DNA of 64,000 nucleotides, taken from Candidatus Krumholzibacteriia bacterium (GTDB taxonomy: Bacteria; Krumholzibacteriota; Krumholzibacteriia; JAJRXK01). This document shows, one piece after another, positions 48,488 through 57,145 of this stretch. Under the pieces are notes generated by a model, which ran no database searches, had not been told where the DNA came from, and was given only the letters and a program-made list of their open reading frames with translations. Location: NCBI GenBank assembly GCA_029932915.1, contig JAOZPE010000002.1, positions 7,546 to 71,545 on the forward strand, written 5' to 3'. The stretch's first letter is position 1; each line of letters opens with the position of its first letter. The translations under genes and the position numbers were made by a program.

Positions 48488-49576
48488 ATGCGCCGCTTCC
48501 TTCGTTTCCTGCTTCCACTGGTGGCCGTGGGTGTCCTTCTCGCGCCGTTTTCCCTTCGCGCCGCTGACGATCTGGACGCGGTCACAGGGGACGACGGCAT
48601 CTACGCGGTGTTGCAGACCGATATGGGCACCATCGTCTGCCGTTTGCTGTGGCGCGACGTGCCCTTGACGGTGGCCAATTTCGTCGGTCTGGCCGAGGGA
48701 ACGCGTTCCTTCCTCGACGGAGAGACGGGCGAGACGGTCGAGCGTCCCTTCTACGAGGACCTCCTCTTCCACCGGGTGATCCAGGGCTTCATGATCCAGA
48801 CCGGCGATCCCACGGGCAAGGGGGACGGCGGTCCGGGTTACCGTTTCAACAACGAGATCGATCCGGAGTTGAAACACGACCGTCCCGGTACCATGTCGAT
48901 GGCGAACATGGGACCGGGGACCAACGGCAGCCAGTTCTTCATCACCGAACGGGCGGCCCCCTGGCTGGACGGCAAGAATCCGGTCTTCGGCCGCGTCGTG
49001 TCGGGCATGGACGTGGTCGAGGCGATCTCCGCCGTTCCCACCGACAAGGATCGGCCCGTCGAGCCGGTGCATCTGCAGAGCGTGAAGATCATCCGGAGGG
49101 GAAGGGATGCCCGGCACTTCGACGCCGAGGCCACCTTCGCCCGCATGAAGGACCTCAGTGAGGAGCAGCTCACGGAACTCCGCAGCGAGCGCTTCATGGC
49201 CAGGATGGAGAAACTCGAGAAGAAATCACACCGGGCGAAGGACGGGAGCCGCTATGTCGTCGTCCGCAAGGGCAAGGGAGACAAACCCCGTCCGGGCGAG
49301 GCCATCCAGGTGCACTATGTGTGCTATCTGCCCGACGGCAAGGTCGTCGAGACCACCCGGCGTTCTCCCCGTCCGCTGACGCTCACTGCCGGTGAGCCCC
49401 GCCGGGGTCTCGACTGGGAGCGGCAATACCTTCAGATGAAGCCCCATGAATTGCGCTGGGTCTTCCTTCCTCCCGAACTCGCCTTCGGCCATCGGGGTAT
49501 CCCCGGAGTGGTCCCCCCCGACTCACCCCTGGTGTTGCAACTCGAACTGGTCGGGGTGTCGAAGGGCGAAGACTGA
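48488..49576 (+). CDS. secreted bifunctional peptidyl-prolyl cis-trans isomerase: cyclophilin domain fused to C-terminal FKBP domain
   Basis: GAGGAG RBS. Signal peptide MRRFLRFLLPLVAVGVLLAPFSLRA. Cyclophilin motifs FHRVIQGFMIQTGDP, SMANMGPGTNGSQFFIT. C-terminal FKBP-like VHYVCYLPDGKVVETT...GHRGIPGVVPPDSPLVLQLELV. Confidence 0.75.
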   Translation: MRRFLRFLLPLVAVGVLLAPFSLRAADDLDAVTGDDGIYAVLQTDMGTIVCRLLWRDVPLTVANFVGLAEGTRSFLDGETGETVERPFYEDLLFHRVIQGFMIQTGDPTGKGDGGPGYRFNNEIDPELKHDRPGTMSMANMGPGTNGSQFFITERAAPWLDGKNPVFGRVVSGMDVVEAISAVPTDKDRPVEPVHLQSVKIIRRGRDARHFDAEATFARMKDLSEEQLTELRSERFMARMEKLEKKSHRAKDGSRYVVVRKGKGDKPRPGEAIQVHYVCYLPDGKVVETTRRSPRPLTLTAGEPRRGLDWERQYLQMKPHELRWVFLPPELAFGHRGIPGVVPPDSPLVLQLELVGVSKGED

Positions 49577-49789
49577 CGATCTTCGAAAGTGCGATCCTTG
49601 CGAAAAACCTTGCCCCTGGGGCTGCTTTGCGTTTATTTGCCGCTGCTGGTTAGCACGGGTCGCACAGGGACCCCTCATCGACGCGGCGCCGAGCGCCGCG
49701 AGTGGGACCTCCCCAGGACTCGTTGTCGATCGTGAAACGCCGGCGCGGACCGGTACATCGTTTGGCAATTCAACCCAAGGAGGCCCATC

Positions 49790-50086
49790 GTGGCCAAGAA
49801 GAAGACCACAGCCAAGAAGAAGGCTGCCCCCAAGCGGAAGGCCGCTCCCAAGCGCAAGGCTGTCGCCCGGAAGAAGACCACCAAGCGCGCGAAGAAGAAC
49901 GCCATGGAGATGTTGCTCGTCGGCAGCAAGACCAAGGCTGCATTGAAGGGCCATGGAGTGAACGTCGGCGGCGACGCCATCGAGGGTCTCAACGGTGTGA
50001 TCCACTGGTACATCGAGCAGGCGGTCAAGCGTGCGAAGGCCAACAAGCGCAAGACCGTGCGTGCCCACGATTTCGTGGTGATGTAG
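49790..50086 (+). CDS. histone-fold (DUF1931/Bd0055-like) DNA-binding protein with a Lys/Ala/Pro-rich H1-like N-terminal tail
   Basis: GTG 49790 with AAGGAGG 7 nt upstream. N-terminal AKKKTTAKKKAAPKRKAAPKRKAVARKKTTKRAKK. C-terminal SKTKAALKGHGVNVGGDAIEGLNGVIHWYIEQAVKRAKANKRKTVRAHDF fits the histone-fold pattern (compare HMfB ...SDDARITLAKILEEMGRDIASEAIKLARHAGRKTIKAEDI). Confidence 0.6.
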   Translation: MAKKKTTAKKKAAPKRKAAPKRKAVARKKTTKRAKKNAMEMLLVGSKTKAALKGHGVNVGGDAIEGLNGVIHWYIEQAVKRAKANKRKTVRAHDFVVM

Positions 50087-50105
50087 ATCCACCACCGATC
50101 GCCGT

Positions 50106-50184
50106 GGAAGGAAGGGCGCCCCGCGTGCGCGTGTTCCTTCCCGCCGATTCAAGGGGCCGTCCCGTTCGGGGCGGCCCCTTTCAC
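50106..50184 (+). terminator. two stem-loops downstream of the histone-fold gene; the second is followed by TTTC
   Basis: ggaaggaa-(20 nt)-ttccttcc, and ggggccg-tcccgttcgggg-cggcccc tttcac. Confidence 0.5.
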
Positions 50185-50314
50185 GTCGGCTGGGCTCAAG
50201 CTCTCCCTTGCCCGCATGGTCGAATGATCCTACGCTCGTCGTCCCCTTCGGACGGTCTCGTGCCTCAGGCCGTCTCGACAGGCAGGATCTTCGTTCCCAG
50301 AAGGAGAGCGCGTT

Positions 50315-52903
50315 GTGAAGCGGCGTCCATCGGTGTCACACATCCCCTGCGTTCTTGCGTTCCTCTTGTTGACCACGTTCTTCACCGTCCAAGGTTCATG
50401 GGCTGGAGACAGCGAGGGCCTTCCCGATTACTGGGGTGAGTCCACCTGGCTCACCTCGGCACCGGGGGTCTCCGACGATCTGGCCGCGGGTCTGTTCAAT
50501 CCCGCAGCGTATTCCGTCGTCCAGGACGCCGGTTTCTACCTGGGCTGGCGCAACAACCGCGAGCTGGGTCTGTACCAACAGGGAAGGGCCTTCACGGGCG
50601 AGTCGAACGACTTCACCGGCATCCTGTCGTTGCACAACCTGAGCTTCTCCTACCAACGCTTCGACCTGAAGGATGACTTTCGGGCCACCCTTCCCGGGGC
50701 GGGCGACCTGGCCAGCGGCGCCACCGATGAATACTCGCTGAGCTTGTCCTCAGGAGACCGCAGTCATTCCAGCGGGCTGGCCTACACGTGGTCCGGCGGC
50801 GACCGGACCTTCCTTCCCCGGCACAAACGACTCACCATGGGTATCCTCGAAAGGGGAAGCCATCTGTCGTTGGGGATGGCGGGGAACTGGGACCTGGAGA
50901 ACGGCGATCTGCAGGGGCAGGCCGACCTGGGCGTGCGGCCCTGGGGAAACCGCGTCACCTTCTACGGCGAGATCGAGGCCACGGCCGGCCGCAGCCTCGC
51001 CGGCGGCTACGGTGTTGAAGGCCATCTCTTCCGCGGACTGCGTCTGTCCGCGCGTTACCGCGACGGCGGCCGCCTGTCCGTGGGTCTTGCCCTGTCCTTC
51101 GGTCCGACGCGCCTGATCGGCGCAGGTCACGGGGACGGCGACGGGTCCAACCAGGAGAGCTACGCGCTGCAGGTCGGCGGCCAGAGGGAACCGGCCCTGT
51201 TGCCTTCCCTGGACGAGATCGGAGGCAGCCGGCGCAAGATGGAGTGGAACGGTCCGATGCCGTATCGCCGTTACCGTCTCTTCGACGAGCGCCGGACCTT
51301 CCTGTCCGCCCTCACGTCGATCGCCCGGGCGAGTGAATCGCCCGCGGTCCATACCCTCGTGCTCAACCTCTCGGGCATGCGGGTCCGCGGCGAACAACTC
51401 TGGGAGCTGCGCCAGCAACTCGAGGCGGCCCAGGAGCGGGGCAAGCGGGTGGTGATCTACGCCGACCGCCTCGGCCTGTTCTCGACCATGCTGGCCACCG
51501 TGGCCGACGATCTGTGGCTCGATCCGCAGGGCAATCTCGATCTGCGCGGCATCTCGTGGGGGAAGACCTACTACCGGCGGGCCCTGGACAAGCTGGGTCT
51601 GGGTGTGGAGGAGTGGCGCTTCTTCAAGTACAAGTCGGCCTACGAGGTGCTCTCGCGCACCCACCAGAGCGAGGCCGACCGGGAGCAGCGTCAGCTTCTC
51701 ATCGACGACTACTACGAGGAGGCCCGGGCTGCGATCGCCGCTTCCCGCGGCCTCAGCCCGGAGGCCTTCGACACGATCGTCGACACCCGAGGCTACGTCA
51801 CGCCGGCCGAGGCCCTCGAACTCGGACTGGTCGATCACCTGGGGAGCTTCGACGACGCGATGAAGGCGGCGAAGAAGGCCGAAGCGGCCGCCCGGGAACC
51901 CGGGCCGGACGGCGCAGTGGACACGGTACTGGGCGATCCGGTGTGGGGTGGTCTGCGCTGGGGGGAGCCCGATGAGATCGCTGTCCTGTATGCCATCGGG
52001 GAGTGCTCGATGGACAGTGGCATCGACGCCCGGCGCCTGAGCAAGGAGATCGAGAAGGCCCGAAAGAACCGCAAGGTGAAAGCGGTGGTCCTGAGGGTCG
52101 ATTCCCCCGGGGGCGACCCGCTGGCCAGCGACCTGGTGGCTCGTCAGCTGCTGGAGACGATGAAGGTCAAGCCGGTGATCATCTCCCAGGGCAACGTGGC
52201 GGCCTCCGGAGGCTACTGGATCAGCATGTACTCCCATGCGCTGGTGGCCTCGCCCATCACCCTGACCGGCAGCATCGGGGTGATCGGCGGCTGGATCTGG
52301 GACGAGGGCTTCGGGGACAGAATCGGTTTCGACTACAGCCAGGTGAAGCGCGGCCGGCACGCGGACATGGGCGGAGGCATCCAGCTTCCCTTCCTCGGGG
52401 CCACCCTGCCTGCACGTCCTCTCGACGACGACGAGCACGCCCGGATGGAGAAGGTCATCCGCGGCATGTATGCCGACTTCGTGTCGCAGGTGGCCCGGGG
52501 CCGCAAGATGAGTGAGACGGCCGTCGACTCGATCGCCCAGGGACGGGTGTGGAGCGGACGGCGGGGCAAGGAGATCGGACTGGTCGACGAACTGGGAGGC
52601 CTGTGGCGGGCCATCGAACTCGCCAAGGAGAAGGCGGGGATTCCGGCCGGCGAAGGGGTGAAGCTGGTGGAGGGTCCGTCCCTGGGTTGGATCAATCCGG
52701 AGTTGTTCAAGCTCTCGTTCGGCTTCGGCGGCGGCGCAAGCGAATTCGATCCTCTCTCCGGCGACCTACGGCAGCCCTTCAGCGGCTGGATGGGTCTGTC
52801 ATCGGAGGAATTCGAGTACCTGCGGGCGGTCTTCGGTCACCCGGGCCGGCCGGTGTTGCGCACTCCGCCCGTGCAGATCCACGAGGGCTCGCAGGGCGAG
52901 TAG
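50315..52903 (+). CDS. sppA: signal peptide peptidase SppA (67K-type, tandem S49 domains) with an extra ~300-aa N-terminal beta-rich domain
   Basis: GTG 50315 with AAGGAGA RBS. Signal peptide. Second S49 domain with nucleophile GNVAASGGYWIS. First (degenerate) S49 domain VVIYADRLG. Confidence 0.8.
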   Translation: MKRRPSVSHIPCVLAFLLLTTFFTVQGSWAGDSEGLPDYWGESTWLTSAPGVSDDLAAGLFNPAAYSVVQDAGFYLGWRNNRELGLYQQGRAFTGESNDFTGILSLHNLSFSYQRFDLKDDFRATLPGAGDLASGATDEYSLSLSSGDRSHSSGLAYTWSGGDRTFLPRHKRLTMGILERGSHLSLGMAGNWDLENGDLQGQADLGVRPWGNRVTFYGEIEATAGRSLAGGYGVEGHLFRGLRLSARYRDGGRLSVGLALSFGPTRLIGAGHGDGDGSNQESYALQVGGQREPALLPSLDEIGGSRRKMEWNGPMPYRRYRLFDERRTFLSALTSIARASESPAVHTLVLNLSGMRVRGEQLWELRQQLEAAQERGKRVVIYADRLGLFSTMLATVADDLWLDPQGNLDLRGISWGKTYYRRALDKLGLGVEEWRFFKYKSAYEVLSRTHQSEADREQRQLLIDDYYEEARAAIAASRGLSPEAFDTIVDTRGYVTPAEALELGLVDHLGSFDDAMKAAKKAEAAAREPGPDGAVDTVLGDPVWGGLRWGEPDEIAVLYAIGECSMDSGIDARRLSKEIEKARKNRKVKAVVLRVDSPGGDPLASDLVARQLLETMKVKPVIISQGNVAASGGYWISMYSHALVASPITLTGSIGVIGGWIWDEGFGDRIGFDYSQVKRGRHADMGGGIQLPFLGATLPARPLDDDEHARMEKVIRGMYADFVSQVARGRKMSETAVDSIAQGRVWSGRRGKEIGLVDELGGLWRAIELAKEKAGIPAGEGVKLVEGPSLGWINPELFKLSFGFGGGASEFDPLSGDLRQPFSGWMGLSSEEFEYLRAVFGHPGRPVLRTPPVQIHEGSQGE

Positions 52904-52918
52904 GCGAAGGCGCCGGCT

Positions 52919-53641
52919 TCACTGCCGGCGCCCGAGGATCCGCAGCAGGGCCAGGAAGAGGTTGATGAAATCCAGGTAGAGCTGCAGGGCGCCGTAGACC
53001 GCCAGCTTGCTCCCCGCCCGTCCGCTGGCCTGTCCGGACTCGTGGATCCTCATCAAGCGCTGCGTGTCGTAGGCGGTCAGACCGGTGAACAGGAGGACGG
53101 CGATGTAGGAGATGGCCATCGTGAGGCCGTCACTGTGCATGAAGAAGTTCACCACCGAGGCCAGGATGATGCCGATCAGTCCCATGAAGAGGTACGAACC
53201 CCACGAGGACAGGTCCTTCTTCGTGGTCATCCCGTAGAAGCTCACCGCTCCGAAGGTTCCCGCGGTGATCAGGAAGACCGAGGCGATGCTGGTGTGGGTG
53301 TAGATGAGGAACAGGGTGGAGAAGGTCACCCCGGTCAGCGCCGAATAGAGCAGGAAGAGCGATGCGGCCGCGGTGAAGGAGAGACGTTGGAAGGCCGCCG
53401 ACAGGGCGATCACCGCTCCCAGTTGCAGGCCGATGAGCAGCAGGAAGCGTCCCTGTCCACCCACCAGGGCCTTCATCAGTTCCGGATTGGCCACCAGTGC
53501 CCAGGCCACGAGCGCAGTGACGGCCAGACCACTGGTCATCCACCCGTAGACCTGGGTCAGGAAGGAAGTGCGGGCCTCCGTGCTCGCCACGGGCAGTTCG
53601 CTGTAACCTTCGCCGGTCTGCATTCGGGGAAACCGATTCAT
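52919..53641 (-). CDS. Bax inhibitor-1/YccA family membrane protein
   Basis: ATG 53641. 7-TM BI-1 pattern SFLTQVYGWMTSGLAVTAL...YLDFINLFLALLRILG. Confidence 0.8.
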   Translation of the reverse strand: MNRFPRMQTGEGYSELPVASTEARTSFLTQVYGWMTSGLAVTALVAWALVANPELMKALVGGQGRFLLLIGLQLGAVIALSAAFQRLSFTAAASLFLLYSALTGVTFSTLFLIYTHTSIASVFLITAGTFGAVSFYGMTTKKDLSSWGSYLFMGLIGIILASVVNFFMHSDGLTMAISYIAVLLFTGLTAYDTQRLMRIHESGQASGRAGSKLAVYGALQLYLDFINLFLALLRILGRRQ

Positions 53642-53751
53642 CTTCACTCCTCCATGGACTTCGCCGTGTTCCACGAGAGAGGCCGGTTTCCTGGGAAACC
53701 GGCCTCGTCACATCATTTCCTGGACGAAGGCCGGTCGGCCTCGCTCACCAG

Positions 53752-54345
53752 CTACTTGATGTGGTGGCTCAGGTAGTCGTGCATGCCTTCCGGTGTGGCT
53801 TGCATCGTCTCCTGACCTTCGTCCCAATCGGCGGGGCAGACCTCGCCCTCGTGTTCGGTGACGTACTTGAAGGCCTTGAGCAGGCGCATGGCCTCCTTGG
53901 CACTGCGGCCCACCGAGAGGTGGTTGGTGGTCTCCTGCATGACGGTGCCGTCGGGGCTGATGAGGAACAGGCCGCGCAGGGCCACGCCCGCGTCCTCCAG
54001 CAGGACTCCGTAATCCGACGCCGTGCTCTTGGTGATGTCGCCCAGGAGGGGATAGTTCAGGCTGCCGCCCAGACCACCGTCTTCGGCCTTGGTGTCGACC
54101 CATGCCTTGTGTACGAACTTGCTGTCGATGGAGATCCCGAAGACCTCACATCCTTCCTTGCGGAACTCGTCGGCCATCTTGCTGAACGCCAATACCTCGG
54201 TCGGACAGACGAAGGTGAAGTCGAGGGGGTAGAAGAGCAGGTAGACCCACTTGCCCTTGTAGTCGCTGAGCTTGAAGGTCTCGAAGTTGCCATTGTAGTA
54301 GCCCTCGAGGGTGAAATCCGGGGCCTGCTTGCCGACCATGGACAT
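53752..54345 (-). CDS. 2-Cys peroxiredoxin (AhpC/Tsa family)
   Basis: Peroxidatic Cys in FTFVCPTE and resolving Cys in EVCPADW. Start at MSMVGKQAPDF. Confidence 0.88.
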   Translation of the reverse strand: MSMVGKQAPDFTLEGYYNGNFETFKLSDYKGKWVYLLFYPLDFTFVCPTEVLAFSKMADEFRKEGCEVFGISIDSKFVHKAWVDTKAEDGGLGGSLNYPLLGDITKSTASDYGVLLEDAGVALRGLFLISPDGTVMQETTNHLSVGRSAKEAMRLLKAFKYVTEHEGEVCPADWDEGQETMQATPEGMHDYLSHHIK

Positions 54346-54621
54346 GGACGTTTCCTCCTGTACGCTGTCGATCGAGTGCGTTGATTGATTGCGGCAGGGT
54401 AAGGACGATCCAGATCTCTCGCAAGCAGACACCGCTGTTCTCGATGAATGGTCAAAAAGGTCTGAATCACCCGTTTACCCACTTGTCGACGGTTCCAGAG
54501 CAATAGCGCTTGAACTCACCGGCCGGGAAAAGCACTATCGACGGGCATTGCCGTGGGGGTGTTGGTCGTCCCAAGGCAACCCACGGCGCTCGATCCAAGT
54601 CTGACAAGCCGGGATGGAAAG

Positions 54622-55953
54622 ATGGAAACTGCTCTCGCCGTCCACCGTCTTCACTTCGCCTTCACCATCACCTACCACTACCTCTTTCCCCAGCTCACCA
54701 TGGGGCTCGCGCTGTTGATCTTCATCATGAAGACCGCGGCTCTGCGGACGGGGAAGGAAGAGTGGAATGCCGCAGCCCGTTTCTGGACCCGCCTCTTCGC
54801 CATCAACTTCGCCGTGGGTGTGGTCACCGGGATTCCCATGGAGTTCCAGTTCGGCACCAACTGGTCGCGCTTCTCCGAGTACGCCGGAGGGGTCATCGGA
54901 CAGAGCCTGGCCATGGAAGGTGTCTTCGCCTTCTTCCTCGAGTCGAGCTTCCTGGGAATGCTGCTCTTCGGAGAGAAGAAGCTGGGTCCCAAGGGCCACT
55001 GGATCGCCTCGATGCTGGTGTTCATCGGATCGTGGCTGTCTGGCTTCTTCATCGTGGTCACCGACGCCTGGATGCAGCATCCGCAGGGCTACGAGATGCT
55101 GGCCGATGGCGGCGTGGCGCTCACCAGCCTGCGCGAGTTCCTGCTGAATCCGTGGGGGCTGTGGCAGTACCTGCACACGATGATGGGCACCACGGTGACC
55201 GCCTCGATCTTCGTCACCGCCACCGGGGCCTTCTACCTGCTGCAGGGCCGCGACCAGGAGGACGCCAAGCGCTTCGTACGGCTGGGCGTCATCGTGGGCC
55301 TGATCGCTTCCTTCGCGCTGCTCTTTCCCACCGGCGACATGCAGGGGCGCATGGTCGCCAAGCATCAGCCGGTGACCATGGCGGCCATGGAGGGCCTGTT
55401 CGAGACCCAGGAGGCCGCACCCATCGTGCTCATCGGCCAGCCCGATGTGGAGAACCGCCGTCTGGACAACGCCATCGAGATTCCGGGCATGTTGAGCCTT
55501 TTGACCACGAACCGCCTGCGGGGGGAAGTGGCCGGACTCGACGCCTTCCCCGAGGAGGACTGGCCCGACCAGATCCCGCTTCTGTACTACGCCTACCACG
55601 TCATGGTGGGTCTGGGGACGATCTTCATCGCCGTCCTGCTCGTCGCCGCCTTCCTGCTGTGGAAGAAGAAGCTCTTCGAACTCCGCCCGATGCTGTGGCT
55701 CTTGTTGCTGCTCTTCCCTCTTCCCTACATCACCAACACCGCCGGATGGATGACGGCGGAGATCGGCCGTCAGCCGTGGCTCGTCTACGGCCTCCTGCGG
55801 ACCAGTGCCGGGAGCAGTGACACCGTCTCGGCCGGGAACGGCATGTTCACGCTGATCGGCTTCATGGGGATGTACACCTTGCTCACGTTTCTCTTCATTC
55901 TGCTGATGTGGCGGGAGATCCATCGCGGTCCCTCGGCCCATGCCCAGCATTGA
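54622..55953 (+). CDS. cydA: cytochrome bd ubiquinol oxidase subunit I (short Q-loop type)
   Basis: ATG 54622. METALAVHRLHFAFTITYHYLFP. Haem-ligand context GIPMEFQFGTNW. 443 aa. Confidence 0.9.
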   Translation: METALAVHRLHFAFTITYHYLFPQLTMGLALLIFIMKTAALRTGKEEWNAAARFWTRLFAINFAVGVVTGIPMEFQFGTNWSRFSEYAGGVIGQSLAMEGVFAFFLESSFLGMLLFGEKKLGPKGHWIASMLVFIGSWLSGFFIVVTDAWMQHPQGYEMLADGGVALTSLREFLLNPWGLWQYLHTMMGTTVTASIFVTATGAFYLLQGRDQEDAKRFVRLGVIVGLIASFALLFPTGDMQGRMVAKHQPVTMAAMEGLFETQEAAPIVLIGQPDVENRRLDNAIEIPGMLSLLTTNRLRGEVAGLDAFPEEDWPDQIPLLYYAYHVMVGLGTIFIAVLLVAAFLLWKKKLFELRPMLWLLLLLFPLPYITNTAGWMTAEIGRQPWLVYGLLRTSAGSSDTVSAGNGMFTLIGFMGMYTLLTFLFILLMWREIHRGPSAHAQH

Positions 55954-55966
55954 TCGGGGGTCGGCC

Positions 55967-57001
55967 ATGCAAACGATCTGGTTCTGTTTCGTTGCCTTCA
56001 TGATCGTCATGTACGCGCTGCTCGACGGTTTCGACCTGGGCGCGGGCATTCTCCACCGCTACGTCGCGCGCAGCGATGACGAGCGTCGTCAGGTCCTCCG
56101 TTCCATCGGGCCGGTATGGGACGGCAACGAGGTGTGGCTGCTGGCGGCCGGGGGCACCCTGTACTTCGCATTCCCCCTGCTGTACGCCAGCGCCTTCAGC
56201 GGCTTCTACCTGCCGTTGAACATGGTGTTGTGGATGCTCATGGGACGCGGCATCGCCATCGAGCTGCGCTCGCATCTGGAGGGTCCGGTCTGGCGTCCTC
56301 TGATGGACAGCATCTTCATGATCAGTTCCGCCCTGTTGGCGGTGTTCTTCGGGGCCGCGCTGGGGAACGTGGTCCGCGGCGTGCCCCTGAACGAACAGGG
56401 GCGCTTCTTTGCTCCGATGTGGATGGGAGGGGGGCATGAGGTCGGCGTCCTCGACTTCTACACGGTGACCGCGGGGGTGACCGTCCTGGGTGCGCTCGCC
56501 CTGCACGGCGGCACCTGGCTCAACCTGAAGACCACCGGAGCCATGCAGGAGCGGGCCCGGCGGGCCATCGCGGTGCTCACCCCCATCCAGATGGTCCTGA
56601 CCGTCCTGGTGAGCATCTACACCTTCGTCGTCCAACCGGTGATCCTGCAGCACATGACTTCCCAGCCGCTGCGCTGGGTCTTCCCCCTGCTGGCGGTGGC
56701 GGGTCTGGTGATGCTCGTGATCTTCCCCCGGCAGGGAAGGGAGAGGGCGGCGTTCTACGCCTCGTGCGCCTACCTGGCAGGGATGCTCGGGGCCCTGGTG
56801 GCCGGCGTCTATCCGCTGGTCTTGCCGGCTTTGGGCGACATCTCCCGCAGCCTGGACATCTACAACGCCTCGGCCCCGGTCTCGGGGCTGCGCATCGGGC
56901 TCATGTGGTGGATCCCGGGCATGATCATCGTCCTGGCCTACTCGAGCTGGGTGTACCGGGTCCACGCGGGGAAGGTCCCGGCCGAAGGCGGACCCTACTG
57001 A
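55967..57001 (+). CDS. cydB: cytochrome bd ubiquinol oxidase subunit II
   Basis: ATG 55967 (MQTIWFCFVAFMIVMYALLDGFDLGAGIL), the canonical CydB N-terminus. Overlaps the cydA stop. Confidence 0.88.
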   Translation: MQTIWFCFVAFMIVMYALLDGFDLGAGILHRYVARSDDERRQVLRSIGPVWDGNEVWLLAAGGTLYFAFPLLYASAFSGFYLPLNMVLWMLMGRGIAIELRSHLEGPVWRPLMDSIFMISSALLAVFFGAALGNVVRGVPLNEQGRFFAPMWMGGGHEVGVLDFYTVTAGVTVLGALALHGGTWLNLKTTGAMQERARRAIAVLTPIQMVLTVLVSIYTFVVQPVILQHMTSQPLRWVFPLLAVAGLVMLVIFPRQGRERAAFYASCAYLAGMLGALVAGVYPLVLPALGDISRSLDIYNASAPVSGLRIGLMWWIPGMIIVLAYSSWVYRVHAGKVPAEGGPY

Positions 57002-57145
57002 GCGACGGCCAGAGGGGGCGGCGGATGGCTCGGTGGGGTGCCCGCCGTCTCGCTGCCGACGCTTGGTTCAAGGGCCGGCGAAGGATCTTCGCCGGCCCTC
57101 GTCGTGCCGGGAAGGGTGGAGGCAAGCGCCTCGGAAGGGAACGCT

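Noticed and set aside
50750-52438. 562-aa minus-strand ORF
   Set aside because: Antisense to sppA.
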